A stretch of DNA of 63,407 nt, filler included, from Nemertoderma westbladi (lineage: Eukaryota > Animalia > Xenacoelomorpha): assembly GCA_032718475.1 (NCBI GenBank). It is 3 parts of 3 records of this genome, joined end to end, with 100 filler letters (N's around TTAATTAATTAA, not from the genome) between each part and the next. Parts side by side here need not be neighbours in the genome. Positions count along the whole stretch, not along the records: positions 25,137 to 53,524 come from JAUCBJ010004399.1; 2 more parts are not named here. The stretch is one strand, 5' to 3'. Shown here in pieces: positions 36,601 to 48,600 of the stretch; position 1 is the first letter of the stretch; each line of letters opens with the position of its first letter. The translations under genes were made by a program, and so were the position numbers. Below the pieces are notes generated by a model. It ran no database searches, was not told where the DNA came from, and worked only from the letters and a program-made list of their open reading frames with translations.

Positions 36601-39600
36601 GTTACACCGAACCCAGAGGGTCGCCGCCTCCAGGTAAGAGTTACACCGACCCCAGAGGGTCGCCGCCTCCAGGTAAGAGTTACACCGAACCCAGAGGGTC
36701 GCCGCCTCCAGGTAAGAGTTACACCGACCCCAGAGGGTCGCCGCCTCCAGGTAAGAGTTACACCGAACCCAGAGGGTCGCCGCCTCCAGGTAAGAGTTAC
36801 ACCGACCCCAGAGGGTCGCCGCCTCCAGGTAAGAGTTACACCGAACCCAGAGGGTCGCCGCCTCCAGGTAAGAGTTACACCGACCCCAGAGGGTCGCCGC
36901 CTCCAGGTAAGAGTTACACCGACCCCAGAGGGTCGCCGCCTCCAGGTAAGAGTTACACCGACCCCAGAGGGTCGCCGCCTCCAGGTAAGAGTTACACCGA
37001 CCCCAGAGGGTCGCCGCCTCCAGGTAAGAGTTACACCGACCCCAGAGGGTCGCCGCCTCCAGGTAAGAGTTACACCGACCCCAGAGGGTCGCCGCCTCCA
37101 GTTAAGAGTTACACCGACCCCAGAGGGTCGCCGCCTCCAGGTAAGAGTTACACCGACCCCAGAGGGTCGCCGCCTCCAGGTAAGAGTTACACCGAACCCA
37201 GAGGGTCGCCGCCTCCAGGTAAGAGTTACACCGACCCCAGAGGGTCGCCGCCTCCCCTCCAGGTAAGAGTTACACCGACCCCAGAGGGTCGCCGCCTCCA
37301 GGTAAGAGTTACACCGACCCCAGAGGGTCGCCGACTCCAGGTAAGAGTTACACCGACCCCAGAGGGTCGCCGACCTCCCTCCAGGTAAGAGTTACACCGA
37401 CCCCAGAGGGTCGCCGCCTCCAGGTAAGAGTTACACCGACCCCAGAGGGTCGCCGCCTCCAGGTAAGAGTTACACCGACCCCAGAGGGTCGCCGCCTCCA
37501 GGTAAGAGTTACACCGACCCCAGAGGGTCGCCGCCTCCAGGTAAGAGTTACACCGACCCCAGAGGGTCGCCGCCTCCAGGTAAGAGTTACACCGACCCCA
37601 GAGGGTCGCCGCCTCCAGGTAAGAGTTACACCGACCCCAGAGGGTCGCCGCCTCCAGGTAAGAGTTACACCGACCCCAGAGGGTCGCCGCCTCCAGGTAA
37701 GAGTTACACCGAACCCAGAGGGTCGCCGCCTCCAGGTAAGAGTTACACCGACCCCAGAGGGTCGCCGCCTCCAGGTAAGAGTTACACCGAACCCAGAGGG
37801 TCGCCGCCTCCAGGTAAGAGTTACACCGACCCCAGAGGGTCGCCGCCTCCAGGTAAGAGTTACACCGACCCCAGAGGGTCGCCGCCTCCAGGTAAGAGTT
37901 ACACCGACCCCAGAGGGTCGCCGCCTCCAGGTAAGAGTTACACCGACCCCAGAGGGTCGCCGCCTCCAGGTAAGAGTTACACCGAACCCAGAGGGTCGCC
38001 GCCTCCAGGTAAGAGTTACACCGACCCCAGAGGGTCGCCGCCTCCAGGTAAGAGTTACACCGAACCCAGAGGGTCGCCGCCTCCGGAAGAGTTACACCGC
38101 CCCAGAGGGTCGCCGCCTCCAGGTAAGAGTTACACCGACCCCAGAGGGTCGCCGCCTCCAGGTAAGAGTTACACCGAACCCAGAGGGTCGCCGCCTCCAG
38201 GTAAGAGTTACACCGAACCCAGAGGGTCGCCGCCTCCAGGTAAGAGTTACACCGACCCCAGAGGGTCGCCGCCTCCAGGTAAGAGTTACACCGAACCCAG
38301 AGGGTCGCCGCCTCCAGGTAAGAGTTACACCGACCCCAGAGGGTCGCCGCCTCCAGGTAAGAGTTACACCGACCCCAGAGGGTCGCCGCCTCCAGGTAAG
38401 AGTTACACCGACCCCAGAGGGTCGCCGCCTCCAGGTAAGAGTTACACCGACCCCAGAGGGTCGCCGCCTCCAGGTAAGAGTTACACCGACCCCAGAGGGT
38501 CGCCGCCTCCAGGTAAGAGTTACACCGACCCCAGAGGGTCGCCGCCTCCAGGTAAGAGTTACACCGACCCCAGAGGGTCGCCGCCTCCAGGTAAGAGTTA
38601 CACCGAACCCAGAGGGTCGCCGCCTCCAGGTAAGAGTTACACCGAACCCAGAGGGTCGCCGCCTCCAGGTAAGAGTTACACCGACCCCAGAGGGTCGCCG
38701 CCTCCAGGTAAGAGTTACACCGAACCCCAGAGGGTCGCCGCCTCCAGGTAAGAGTTACACCGAACCCAGAGGGTCGCCGCCTCCAGGTAAGAGTTACACC
38801 GAACCCAGAGGGTCGCCGCCTCCAGGTAAGAGTTACACCGAACCCAGAGGGTCGCCGCCTCCAGGTAAGAGTTACACCGAACCCAGAGGGTCGCCGCCTC
38901 CAGGTAAGAGTTACACCGAACCCAGAGGGTCGCCGCCTCCAGGTAAGAGTTACACCGAACCCAGAGGGTCGCCGCCTCCAGGTAAGAGTTACACCGACCC
39001 CAGAGGGTCGCCGCCTCCAGGTAAGAGTTACACCGACCCCAGAGGGTCGCCGCCTCCAGGTAAGAGTTACACCGAACCCAGAGGGTCGCCGCCTCCAGGT
39101 AAGAGTTACACCGAACCCAGAGGGTCGCCGCCTCCCAGGTAAGAGTTACACCGACCCCAGAGGGTCGCCGCCTCCAGGTAAGAGTTACACCGAACCCAGA
39201 GGGTCGCCGCCTCCAGGTAAGAGTTACACCGACCCCAGAGGGTCGCCGCCTCCCACCCAGGTAAGAGTTACACCGAACCCAGAGGGTCGCCGCCTCCAGG
39301 TAAGAGTTACATCGACCCCAGAGGATCGCCGCCTCCAGGTAAGAGGTACACCGAACCCAGAGGGTCGCCGCCTCCCCTCCAGGTAAGAGTTACACCGACC
39401 CCAGAGGGTCGCCGCCTCCAGGTAAGAGTTACACCGAACCCAGAGGGTTGCCGCCTCCAGGTAAGAGTTACACCGAACCCAGAGGGTCTCCGCCTCCCCT
39501 CCAGGTAAGAGTTACACTGACCCCAGAGGGTCGCCGCCTCCAGGTAAGAGTTGCACCGACCCCAGAGGGTCGCCGCCTCCAGGTAAGAGTTAGACCGACC

Positions 39601-42600
39601 CCAGAGGGTCGCCGCCTCCAGGTAAGAGTTACACCGACCCCAGAGGGTCGCCGCCTCCAGGTAAGAGTTACACCGAACCCAGAGGGTCGCCGCCTCCAGG
39701 TAAGAGTTACACCGACCCCAGAGGGTCGCCACCTCCAGGTAAGAGTTACACCGAACCCAGAGGGTCGCCGCCTCCAGGTAAGAGTTACACCGACCCCAGA
39801 GGGTCGCTGCCTCCAGGTAAGAATTACACCGAACCCAGAGGGTCTCCGCCTCCCCTCCAGGTAAGAGTTACACCGAACCCAGAGGGTTGCCGCCTCCAGG
39901 TAAGATTTACACCGAACCCAGAGGGTCGCCGCCTCCAAGTAAGAGTTACACTGAACCCAGAGGGTCGCCGCCTCCAGGTAAGAGTTACACCGACCCCAGA
40001 GGGTCACCGCCTCCAGGTAAGAGTTACACCGAACCCAGAGGGTCGCCGCCTCCAGGAAAGAGTTACACTGACCCCAGAGGGTCGCCGCCTCCAGGTAAGA
40101 GTTACACCGACCCCAGAGGGTCGCCGCCTCCAGGTAAGAGTTACACTGAACCCAGAGGGTCGCCGCCTCCCAGGTAAGAGTTACACCGATCCCAGAGGGT
40201 CGCCGCTTCCAGGTAAGAGTTACACCTCCAGGTAAGAGTTACACCGACCCCAGAGGGTCGCCGTCTCCAGGTAAGAGTTACACCGAACCCAGAGGGTCGC
40301 CGCTTCCAGGTAAGAGTTACACCGACCCCAGAGGGTCGCCGTCTCCAGGTAAGAGTTACACCGAACCCAGAGGGTCGCCGCCTCCAGTTAAGAGTTACAC
40401 CGACCCCAGAGGGTCGCCGCCTCCAGGTAAGAGTTACACCGAACCCAGAGGGTCTCCGCCTCCAGGTAAGAGTTACACCGACCCCAGAGGGTCGCCGCCT
40501 CCAGGTAAGAGTTACACCGACCCCAGAGGGTCGCCGCCTCCAGGTAAGAGTTACACCGACCCCAGAGGGTCGCCGCCTCCAGTTAAGAGTTACACCGACC
40601 CCCGAGGGTCGCCGACTCCAGGTAAGAGTTACACCAACCCCAGAGGGTCGCCGCCTCCAGGTAAGAGTTACACCGAACCCAGGGGGTCGCCGCCTCCAGG
40701 TAAGAGTTACACCGACCCCAGTGGGTCGCCGCCTCCCCTCCAGGTAAGAGTTACACCGACCCCAGATGGTCACCGCCTCCAGGTAAGAGTTACACCGACC
40801 CCAGAGGGTCGCCGACTCCAGGTAAGAGTTACACCGACCCCAGAGGGTCGCCACCTCCCCTCCAGGTAGGAGTTACACCGACCCCAGATGGTTGCCACCT
40901 CCAGGTAAGAGTTACACCGACCCCAGAGGGTCGCCGCCTCCAGGTAAGAGTTACACCGAACCAAGAGGGTCGCCGCCTCCAGGTAAGAGTTACTCTGAAC
41001 CCAGAGGGTCGCCGCCTCCAGGTAAGAGTTACACCGACCCCAGAGGGTCGCCGACTCCAGGTAAGAGTTACACCGACCCCAGAGGGTCGCCGCCTCCAGG
41101 TAAGAGTTACACCGAACCCAGAGGGTCGCCGCCTCCAGGTAAGAGTTACACCAACCCCAGAGGGTCGCCGCCTCCAGGTAAGAGTTACACCGACCCCAGA
41201 GGGTCGCCGCCTCCCCTCCAGGTAAGAGTTACACCGACCCCAGAGGGTCGCCGCCTCCAGGTAAGAGTTACACTGAACCCAGAGGGTCGCCGCCTCCAGG
41301 TAAGAGTTACACCGTCCCCAGAGGGTCGCCGCCTCCAGGTAAGAGTTACACCGAACCCAGAGGGTCGCCGCCTCCAGGTAAGAGTTACACCGACCCCAGA
41401 GGGTCGCCGCCACCAGATAAGAGTTACACCGAACCCAGAGGGTCGCCGCCTCAAGGTAAGAGTTACTCCGAACCCAGAGGGTCGCCGCCTCCAGGTAAGA
41501 GTTACATCGACCCCAGAGGGTTGCCGCCTCCAGGTAAGAGTTACACGGAACCCAGAGGGTCGCTGCCTCCCCTCCAGGTAAGAGTTACACTGACCCCAGT
41601 GCGTCGCCGCCTCCAGGTAAGAGTTACACCGAACCCAGAGGGTCGCCGCCTCCCCTCCAGGTAAGAGTTACACTGACCCCAGAGGGTCGCCGCTTCCAGG
41701 TAAGAGTTGCACCGACCCCAGAGGGTCGCCGCCTCCAGGTAAGAGTTACACCGACCCCAGAGGGTCGCCGCCTCCAGGTAAGAGTTACACCGACCCCAGA
41801 GGGTCGCCGCCTCCAGGTAAGAGTTACACCGACCCCAGAGGGTCGCCGCCTCCAGGTAAGAGTTACACCGAACCCAGAGGGTCGCCTCCTCCAGGTAAAA
41901 GTTACACCGAACCCAGAGGGTCGCCGCCTCCAGGTAAGAGTTACACCGACCCCAGAGGGTCGCCGCCTCCAGGTAAGAGTTACACCGAACCCAGAGGGTT
42001 GCCGCCTCCAGGTAAGAGTTACACCGAACCCAGAGGGTCGCCGCCTCCAGGTAAGAGTTACACCGAACCCAGAGGGTCGCCGCCTCCAGGTAAGAGTTAC
42101 ACCGAACCCAGAGGGTCGCCGCCTCCAGGTACGAGTTACACCGACCCCAGAGGGTCGCCGCCTCCAGGTAAGAGTTACACCGAACCCAGAGGGTCGCCGC
42201 CTCCCCTCCAGGTAAGAGTTATACCGAACCCAGAGGGTCGCCGCCTCCCAGGTAAGAGTTACACCAACCCCAGAGGGTCGCCGCCTCCAGGTAAGAGTTA
42301 CACCGACCCCAGAGGGTCGCCGCCTCCAGGTAAGAGTTACACCGAACACAGAGGGTCGCCGCCTCAAGGTAAGAGTTACACCGAACCCAGAGGGTCGCCG
42401 CCTCCAGGTAAGAGTTACACCGAACCCAGAGGGTCGCCGCCTCCAGGTAAGAGTTACACCGAACCCAGAGGGTCGCCGCCTCCCCTCCAGGTAAGAGTTA
42501 CACCGACCCCAGAGGGTCGCCGCCTCCAGGTAAGAGTTACACCGAACCCAGAGGGTTGCCGCCTCCAGGTAAGAGTTACACCGAACCCAGAGGGTAGCCG

Positions 42601-45600
42601 CCTCCCCTCCAGGTAAGAGTTACACCGACCCCAGAGGGTCGCCGCCTCCAGGTAAGAGTTACACCGACCCCAGAGGGTCGCCGCCTCCAGGTAAGAGTTA
42701 CACCGAACCCAGAGGGTTGCCGCCTCCAGGTAAGAGTTACACCGAACCCAGAGGGTCTCCGCCTCCCCTCCAGGTAAGAGTTACACTGACCCCAGAGGGT
42801 CGCCGCCTCCAGGTAAGAGTTGCACCGACCCCAGAGGGTCGCCGCCTCCAGGTAAGAGTTAGACCGACCCCAGAGGGTCGCCGCCTCCAGGTAAGAGTTA
42901 CACCGACCCCAGAGGGTCGCCGCCTCCAGGTAAGAGTTACACCGAACCCAGAGGGTCGCCGCCTCCAGGTAAGAGTTACACCGACCCCAGAGGGTCGCCA
43001 CCTCCAGGTAAGAGTTACACCGAACCCAGAGGGTCGCCGCCTCCAGGTAAGAGTTACACCGACCCCAGAGGGTCGCTGCCTCCAGGTAAGAATTACACCG
43101 AACCCAGAGGGTCTCCGCCTCCCCTCCAGGTAAGAGTTACACCGAACCCAGAGGGTTGCCGCCTCCAGGTAAGATTTACACCGAACCCAGAGGGTCGCCG
43201 CCTCCAAGTAAGAGTTACACTGAACCCAGAGGGTCGCCGCCTCCAGGTAAGAGTTACACCGACCCCAGAGGGTCACCGCCTCCAGGTAAGAGTTACACCG
43301 AACCCAGAGGGTCGCCGCCTCCAGGAAAGAGTTACACTGACCCCAGAGGGTCGCCGCCTCCAGGTAAGAGTTACACCGACCCCAGAGGGTCGCCGCCTCC
43401 AGGTAAGAGTTACACTGAACCCAGAGGGTCGCCGCCTCCCAGGTAAGAGTTACACCGAACCCAGAGGGTCGCCGCTTCCAGGTAAGAGTTACACCTCCAG
43501 GTAAGAGTTACACCGACCCCAGAGGGTCGCCGTCTCCAGGTAAGAGTTACACCGAACCCAGAGGGTCGCCGCTTCCAGGTAAGAGTTACACCGACCCCAG
43601 AGGGTCGCCGTCTCCAGGTAAGAGTTACACCGAACCCAGAGGGTCGCCGCCTCCAGTTAAGAGTTACACCGACCCCAGAGGGTCGCCGCCTCCAGGTAAG
43701 AGTTACACCGAACCCAGAGGGTCTCCGCCTCCAGGTAAGAGTTACACCGACCCCAGAGGGTCGCCGCCTCCAGGTAAGAGTTACACCGACCCCAGAGGGT
43801 CGCCGCCTCCAGGTAAGAGTTACACCGACCCCAGAGGGTCGCCGCCTCCAGTTAAGAGTTACACCGACCCCCGAGGGTCGCCGACTCCAGGTAAGAGTTA
43901 CACCAACCCCAGAGGGTCGCCGCCTCCAGGTAAGAGTTACACCGAACCCAGGGGGTCGCCGCCTCCAGGTAAGAGTTACACCGACCCCAGTGGGTCGCCG
44001 CCTCCCCTCCAGGTAAGAGTTACACCGACCCCAGATGGTCACCGCCTCCAGGTAAGAGTTACACCGACCCCAGAGGGTCGCCGACTCCAGGTAAGAGTTA
44101 CACCGACCCCAGAGGGTCGCCACCTCCCCTCCAGGTAGGAGTTACACCGACCCCAGATGGTTGCCACCTCCAGGTAAGAGTTACACCGACCCCAGAGGGT
44201 CGCCGCCTCCAGGTAAGAGTTACACCGAACCAAGAGGGTCGCCGCCTCCAGGTAAGAGTTACTCTGAACCCAGAGGGTCGCCGCCTCCAGGTAAGAGTTA
44301 CACCGACCCCAGAGGGTCGCCGACTCCAGGTAAGAGTTACACCGACCCCAGAGGGTCGCCGCCTCCAGGTAAGAGTTACACCGAACCCAGAGGGTCGCCG
44401 CCTCCAGGTAAGAGTTACACCAACCCCAGAGGGTCGCCGCCTCCAGGTAAGAGTTACACCGACCCCAGAGGGTCGCCGCCTCCCCTCCAGGTAAGAGTTA
44501 CACCGACCCCAGAGGGTCGCCGCCTCCAGGTAAGAGTTACACTGAACCCAGAGGGTCGCCGCCTCCAGGTAAGAGTTACACCGTCCCCAGAGGGTCGCCG
44601 CCTCCAGGTAAGAGTTACACCGAACCCAGAGGGTCGCCGCCTCCAGGTAAGAGTTACACCGACCCCAGAGGGTCGCCGCCACCAGATAAGAGTTACACCG
44701 AACCCAGAGGGTCGCCGCCTCAAGGTAAGAGTTACACCGAACCCAGAGGGTCGCCGCCTCCAGGTAAGAGTTACATCGACCCCAGAGGGTCGCCGCCTCC
44801 AGGTAAGAGTTACACGGAACCCAGAGGGTCGCTGCCTCCCCTCCAGGTAAGAGTTACACTGACCCCAGTGCGTCGCCGCCTCCAGGTAAGAGTTACACCG
44901 AACCCAGAGGGTCGCCGCCTCCCCTCCAGGTAAGAGTTACACTGACCCCAGAGGGTCGCCGCTTCCAGGTAAGAGTTGCACCGACCCCAGAGGGTCGCCG
45001 CCTCCAGGTAAGAGTTACACCGACCCCAGAGGGTCGCCGCCTCCAGGTAAGAGTTACACCGACCCCAGAGGGTCGCCGCCTCCAGGTAAGAGTTACACCG
45101 ACCCCAGAGGGTCGCCGCCTCCAGGTAAGAGTTACACCGAACCCAGAGGGTCGCCTCCTCCAGGTAAAAGTTACACCGAACCCAGAGGGTCGCCGCCTCC
45201 AGGTAAGAGTTACACCGACCCCAGAGGGTCGCCGCCTCCAGGTAAGAGTTACACCGAACCCAGAGGGTTGCCGCCTCCAGGTAAGAGTTACACCGAACCC
45301 AGAGGGTCGCCGCCTCCAGGTAAGAGTTACACCGAACCCAGAGGGTCGCCGCCTCCAGGTAAGAGTTACACCGAACCCAGAGGGTCGCCGCCTCCAGGTA
45401 CGAGTTACACCGACCCCAGAGGGTCGCCGCCTCCAGGTAAGAGTTACACCGAACCCAGAGGGTCGCCGCCTCCCCTCCAGGTAAGAGTTATACCGAACCC
45501 AGAGGGTCGCCGCCTCCCAGGTAAGAGTTACACCAACCCCAGAGGGTCGCCGCCTCCAGGTAAGAGTTACACCGACCCCAGAGGGTCGCCGCCTCCAGGT

Positions 45601-48600
45601 AAGAGTTACACCGAACACAGAGGGTCGCCGCCTCAAGGTAAGAGTTACACCGAACCCAGAGGGTCGCCGCCTCCAGGTAAGAGTTACACCGAACCCAGAG
45701 GGTCGCCGCCTCCAGGTAAGAGTTACACCGAACCCAGAGGGTCGCCGCCTCCCCTCCAGGTAAGAGTTACACCGACCCCAGAGGGTCGCCGCCTCCAGGT
45801 AAGAGTTACACCGAACCCAGAGGGTTGCCGCCTCCAGGTAAGAGTTACACCGAACCCAGAGGGTAGCCGCCTCCCCTCCAGGTAAGAGTTACACCGACCC
45901 CAGAGGGTCGCCGCCTCCAGGTAAGAGTTACACCGACCCCAGAGGGTCGCCGCCTCCAGGTAAGAGTTACACCGACCCCAGAGGGTCGCCGCCTCCAGGT
46001 AAGAGTTACACCGACCCCAGAGGGTCGCCGCCTCCCCTCCAGGTAAGAGTTATACCGAACCCAGAGGGTCGCCGCCTCCCAGGTAAGAGTTACACCAACC
46101 CCAGAGGGTCGCCGCCTCCAGGTAAGAGTTACACCGACCCCAGAGGGTCGCCGCCTCCAGGTAAGAGTTACACCGAACACAGAGGGTCGCCGCCTCAAGG
46201 TAAGAGTTACACCGAACCCAGAGGGTCGCCGCCTCCAGGTAAGAGTTACACCGAACCCAGAGGGTCGCCGCCTCCAGGTAAGAGTTACACCGAACCCAGA
46301 GGGTCGCCGCCTCCCCTCCAGGTAAGAGTTACACCGACCCCAGAGGGTCGCCGCCTCCAGGTAAGAGTTACACCGAACCCAGAGGGTTGCCGCCTCCAGG
46401 TAAGAGTTACACCGAACCCAGAGGGTAGCCGCCTCCCCTCCAGGTAAGAGTTACACCGACCCCAGAGGGTCGCCGCCTCCAGGTAAGAGTTACACCGACC
46501 CCAGAGGGTCGCCGCCTCCAGGTAAGAGTTACACCGAACCCAGAGGGTTGCCGCCTCCAGGTAAGAGTTACACCGAACCCAGAGGGTCTCCGCCTCCCCT
46601 CCAGGTAAGAGTTACACTGACCCCAGAGGGTCGCCGCCTCCAGGTAAGAGTTGCACCGACCCCAGAGGGTCGCCGCCTCCAGGTAAGAGTTAGACCGACC
46701 CCAGAGGGTCGCCGCCTCCAGGTAAGAGTTACACCGACCCCAGAGGGTCGCCGCCTCCAGGTAAGAGTTACACCGAACCCAGAGGGTCGCCGCCTCCAGG
46801 TAAGAGTTACACCGACCCCAGAGGGTCGCCACCTCCAGGTAAGAGTTACACCGAACCCAGAGGGTCGCCGCCTCCAGGTAAGAGTTACACCGACCCCAGA
46901 GGGTCGCTGCCTCCAGGTAAGAATTACACCGAACCCAGAGGGTCTCCGCCTCCCCTCCAGGTAAGAGTTACACCGAACCCAGAGGGTTGCCGCCTCCAGG
47001 TAAGATTTACACCGAACCCAGAGGGTCGCCGCCTCCAAGTAAGAGTTACACTGAACCCAGAGGGTCGCCGCCTCCAGGTAAGAGTTACACCGACCCCAGA
47101 GGGTCACCGCCTCCAGGTAAGAGTTACACCGAACCCAGAGGGTCGCCGCCTCCAGGAAAGAGTTACACTGACCCCAGAGGGTCGCCGCCTCCAGGTAAGA
47201 GTTACACCGACCCCAGAGGGTCGCCGCCTCCAGGTAAGAGTTACACTGAACCCAGAGGGTCGCCGCCTCCCAGGTAAGAGTTACACCGAACCCAGAGGGT
47301 CGCCGCTTCCAGGTAAGAGTTACACCTCCAGGTAAGAGTTACACCGACCCCAGAGGGTCGCCGTCTCCAGGTAAGAGTTACACCGAACCCAGAGGGTCGC
47401 CGCTTCCAGGTAAGAGTTACACCGACCCCAGAGGGTCGCCGTCTCCAGGTAAGAGTTACACCGAACCCAGAGGGTCGCCGCCTCCAGTTAAGAGTTACAC
47501 CGACCCCAGAGGGTCGCCGCCTCCAGGTAAGAGTTACACCGAACCCAGAGGGTCTCCGCCTCCAGGTAAGAGTTACACCGACCCCAGAGGGTCGCCGCCT
47601 CCAGGTAAGAGTTACACCGACCCCAGAGGGTCGCCGCCTCCAGGTAAGAGTTACACCGACCCCAGAGGGTCGCCGCCTCCAGTTAAGAGTTACACCGACC
47701 CCCGAGGGTCGCCGACTCCAGGTAAGAGTTACACCAACCCCAGAGGGTCGCCGCCTCCAGGTAAGAGTTACACCGAACCCAGGGGGTCGCCGCCTCCAGG
47801 TAAGAGTTACACCGACCCCAGTGGGTCGCCGCCTCCCCTCCAGGTAAGAGTTACACCGACCCCAGATGGTCACCGCCTCCAGGTAAGAGTTACACCGACC
47901 CCAGAGGGTCGCCGACTCCAGGTAAGAGTTACACCGACCCCAGAGGGTCGCCACCTCCCCTCCAGGTAGGAGTTACACCGACCCCAGATGGTTGCCACCT
48001 CCAGGTAAGAGTTACACCGACCCCAGAGGGTCGCCGCCTCCAGGTAAGAGTTACACCGAACCAAGAGGGTCGCCGCCTCCAGGTAAGAGTTACTCTGAAC
48101 CCAGAGGGTCGCCGCCTCCAGGTAAGAGTTACACCGACCCCAGAGGGTCGCCGACTCCAGGTAAGAGTTACACCGACCCCAGAGGGTCGCCGCCTCCAGG
48201 TAAGAGTTACACCGAACCCAGAGGGTCGCCGCCTCCAGGTAAGAGTTACACCGACCCCAGAGGGTCGCCGCCTCCAGGTAAGAGTTACACCGACCCCAGA
48301 GGGTCGCCGCCTCCAGGTAAGAGTTACACCGACCCCAGAGGGTCGCCGCCTCCAGGTAAGAGTTACACTGAACCCAGAGGGTCGCCGCCTCCAGGTAAGA
48401 GTTACACCGACCCCAGAGGGTCGCCGCCTCCAGGTAAGAGTTACACCGACCCCAGAGGGTCGCCGCCTCCAGGTAAGAGTTACACCGACCCCAGAGGGTC
48501 GCCGCCTCCAGGTAAGAGTTACACCGAACCCAGAGGGTCGCCGCCTCCAGGTAAGAGTTACACCGACCCCAGAGGGTCGCCGCCTCCAGGTAAGAGTTAC

